A DNA stretch of 64,000 bases, taken from assembly GCF_002105155.1 (NCBI RefSeq), contig NW_019028998.1:1-64000 (forward strand), written 5' to 3'. The translations under genes were made by a program, and so were the position numbers. This DNA is from Lobosporangium transversale. Taxonomy: Eukaryota. Each line of letters begins with the position of its first letter. Position 1 is the first letter of the stretch. The notes beneath the pieces are model-generated. The model worked only from the letters and a program-made list of their open reading frames with translations. It did not search any database and was not told where the DNA came from. Of the stretch, positions 60,731 to 64,000 are shown piece after piece.

Positions 60731-62588
60731 TCAAAGACGTGAAACTGTCAGTTTGGCATCGTGGGAACGGAGACGGTCCACCAAAACTTGTCCAAATGCG
60801 TAGGCAGGCGTCAATACTCCTCCCTGAACTCTGTTCTCGGATCTAATCCGCTCCTCATCCTGAACAAGACATAGTGCACTCTCTGCCAGATATTTGCATG
60901 TTTCACTATAGCCGGGCTCGCCGCCCTGAACAACAGCCATGACTTTGACAGGAGCATGCGATTCGGCAGAGGTACCTGAAACATCGGCTGGGACATCGCT
61001 TTCACCTATAACCTTGATGGTGAAGTGCCCTTTAGCAATGTCTTCATCTGATGGACCAGTTCCTGGGGCAGGAAGGAATCGCTTCTGGACGAAACGACGG
61101 ATCGGGCCTACTGCAAGAGCTGCACCGCCAATACCTACACCAATTGTAGCGATAGTGGCAGCAAAAAGCCCTGAGGTTGACATAGACTCGCTTGATATTC
61201 ATATAGATGAGTAAAACAGCAGAATAATGAGTCAAAAGTTGATATAGAATTGCTGACATTCAGCCTCCAAATAATAACCTATATTTACCTGTAGCTGAAA
61301 TTGGGACCATACCCTACACCATCAGCCTCAAGGGCGAGTCCATGGCTGCGCTTAACTATTTTTTCGTTCGATGACGACATGAAAAAATAGGCCTGCCACT
61401 GCTGGAAGTCATGATCGTAAAAGATTGTTGGCGCAGAAACCTTTGCTGGAGTGATCTTCGAGGCGACCTCCTCTGGTACTAACAAGTTTTGGTCCATCGT
61501 AGGTCCGAGCCCTTCGTTCGTACTCTCTATTACCTCACAGACGGAAGCTAGCGTACCGCCGGATGCTATTTATTTGTGCCATAATATGTCATGGATTCGT
61601 CATATTAGTTTCAATATAAAACACATATATCTGTGTCTCATTTAAAAAATATCGTGCTCAATGCTCACCTGCTCCGCGTGCTTTTACTAAAGAGAGCTTT
61701 ACAGACTTAGTGGTAAGGTTGTATTCCTTGCGAAGATAATCTACAACCCTGTGGAATGGTATGATCAATCAACAGCCACCAAATAAACCTGAGGTCCGTT
61801 TTGAATATCATTTCACCTTACTTACATCTTTGTACCGATTTCGGAGGGAACCGAGTCGAAACCACATTGGGGGACCAGAATAGTCTTGTTATCTCGAGCA
61901 TCTTTATGGTATTTCCGAATGATGTTCTACACAAATAAAAAAAAATTAATAACCTTTCCCTCCTTTTTTTCTCAGTGTTATCGTATTAGTCTACAATTGC
62001 TTACATGAACGAAAGGGCTTTCGCCAGTCGAGTCAACATAATGTGTCTTCTGTTTAACACATGCTTCAACTAAAGGCTCTCCATGTTTCATAAAGGGTCC
62101 AACGGTGCTAATCACGACCTTAGTGCGGGCGGCCATAGCCCCTAGTGATTCAACATTGGATGCATCAGCTTTAATGATGACCATGTTCTATCGATGAAAT
62201 TAAATAAATAAAAAAATACCGAGCTGTTAGGTGGAGTAGACGAACAAGTATAGTATCAGAAGTCTATTCTGCAGTCTCTGGAATTCGGAAACTGTGAACT
62301 TATTTACCTGGAGCGCTGGATCAATGGCAGTGAGCTTTTGGCGGGCTTCTTCCAGTTTGGGAATACTGCGACCTGCAATAGCCCAGCGCACGCCTTGCTT
62401 GTAGTTTTGAGCCAAGTACTATATCACGCGTAAGTTTGGGTCAATGGCTTAATTAATATGAGTGATAATAGATATGCTATCGCACATTTCTCTGCTGTCA
62501 ATGTTGAACATGGAAATACCTGGCAGGTTCGAAGACCTGTAAATCCAGTGGCACCATAGAGAACAATATCGAACTCTCTAGCGGTCAT
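60731..62588 (-). CDS. Saccharopine dehydrogenase-like oxidoreductase (SCCPDH family)
   Basis: FDIVLYGATGFTG, WAIAGRS, TVGPFMKHGEPLVEAC..YVDSTGE, CGFDSVPSEIG, SGGT, PGTGPS, PGYSET and GGVLTPA; about eight exons. Confidence 0.9.
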
Positions 62589-63154
62589 AGCTGCTTTATT
62601 TTGTCTTTGTGTTTTATGTTGCTGCGAAATGAACAATGGATGAATGAAGTGGAAATGGATGTTTAGTGAAAAAAAAAAAAAATAGTGTTAGACGTTCATT
62701 TTTATTATCAAAAATTCGGTTCGGTGGAGTGATCGGAATGAACGCATGGGCCAATTGCTCACTTGCAACTTGCATATGTCTGACGTGCGTGATGATGACA
62801 TGTGGAAAAAGTGATCGAAAAACAAACCAGGTGGGCTCCTTGGTATATACGTATATATATATATATATACTATCTAGTATATACTTAGTTAAGTAGTTTC
62901 ATTTGCAGAGTGGACAAACCCGTTATCCTAAATACTACATATTATTACGATGGGACAACCACTGATTCATGAGTGCATTCGGCAACTATCCCCATTTTTA
63001 GAATCAACTTGCAAGAATGTATGCAAGAAAAGTATTGTTACCAATGGGAGTTATCATTGTAAAAGCATATGTATATTTCTCGGAACAACCAAAACACTTT
63101 ATAGTGTTTTGAGCGTTAGAAGTCTCAATCCCACCTATTTTTATATCTCTTTGA

Positions 63155-64000
63155 TTACCGATAACTCTCTCTACCTCTGCTCCTTGATCGATCCCTTGAT
63201 TTACTTCTCGATATGTTTCTGCTCTCGCTTCTATCTCGATTCCTACTCCGACTGAACTTTCGGTTACGTGAACGATAAGGCGGTGATCTACTCCATGATC
63301 GAGTCCTAGATCTGCCTCGAGAAAGAGATCGAGAGTATGAGTGTAAACTAGAACGCCTTCTTGACCTAGATCTGCTTCTGGACCTTGAGCGTGCATATGT
63401 CCGCATCCGGCTATTCGATTCGCTTCCCCTGCTATGTCTCCCACGGCGCTCAGAGTCTTTCTGACTTTTAACAGGTTCTTTAGAATAGGCGCATCTTCGT
63501 TTCACTGCCACAGATTTATAGAAATCATCTAAACAACCGTCACCCCAGCCTTCATTCTTAATGCTGTTCGCATTGTTTCTATTGTCTTCAGTGATTTCAC
63601 TTCCGTTCCCAACACAAGGAGAGTTTGAAAGGAACTTTGCTAAATGTTCCAGAACAGTACTAGAGATGGCATCACTTTTCATCGGTATGGAGACATATGC
63701 TGGGAGAGGCTCATAATATTCAGCGTCAGGCTATACAAAGATATGCCAAATAAGTCAGTCTCGATATTGAATAAGTTGCTAGGTATACTTCGTTAAAAGA
63801 ATAAAAATAAAAAGATTTACCTCAATTTTTGACATCATTAATCCAGCAGGTAGATCGCGGGTGAGCACGTCTCTATGAGTAGGTTCAGGTGCCAGCTGAG
63901 GTTGTGCTGAGACGAAGTTTGGACCTGGAGCTTGAGTTGAGCTTAGAGCTGGAGGTGAGTGGGAAGAATGATACATTCCTGGGGTAGGAGTCAACGGTTG
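63155..64000 (-). CDS. CHERP-like RS-domain splicing factor, 3' part (starts beyond window end)
   Basis: A Pro-rich segment, RDLPAGLM..|PDAEYYEPL and NEGWGDGCLDDFYK (recalled CHERP motifs DLPAGLM, YxPL, EGWExxxLYEFF), then a long RS repeat. Confidence 0.75.

Overview
Gene-dense, intron-rich eukaryotic DNA from an early-diverging fungus. A Mortierellaceae-like origin is inferred from the TKL-ankyrin kinase, the BTB gene and intron style, and is not proven. I reconstructed about 26 spliced protein genes by eye: BFR2 (5' part), MTD1, complex I 9.5 kDa subunit, SWIB/SMARCD subunit, ACL4, VPS71, a bacterial-type acetylpolyamine amidohydrolase, NOP10, lipoate ligase, ILV1, RER2, a Munc13-like protein, a TKL-ankyrin kinase, SFM1, COQ4, SDO1, GRHPR, a half-size ABCA, a BTB protein, kinesin-5, a GST, a large UBZ/RG protein, RRP42, an SCCPDH-like gene, a CHERP-like gene (3' part) and one orphan. 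The most interesting stretch is the intergenic region at 0.9-3.1 kb, which the ORF track does not explain. It holds an ATG-less C-terminal remnant of a Fanzor/TnpB RNA-guided nuclease (1372-1641: RuvC E and D motifs, Zn finger, NLS, decayed intron) followed by candidate omegaRNA hairpins. It also holds a closed ~170-nt structured element on the minus strand (899-1068), a tiny poly(A) retro-insertion with a 20-bp target-site duplication, and a TATA-driven, spliced, highly structured ncRNA candidate (2655-3054). Other notable items are an apparent U2-type AT-AC intron in the lipoate ligase gene, a probable GC-AG intron and a CaaX-ending pseudogene. All calls come from manual translation and base-pairing plus recalled family motifs; no database search or folding program was run.
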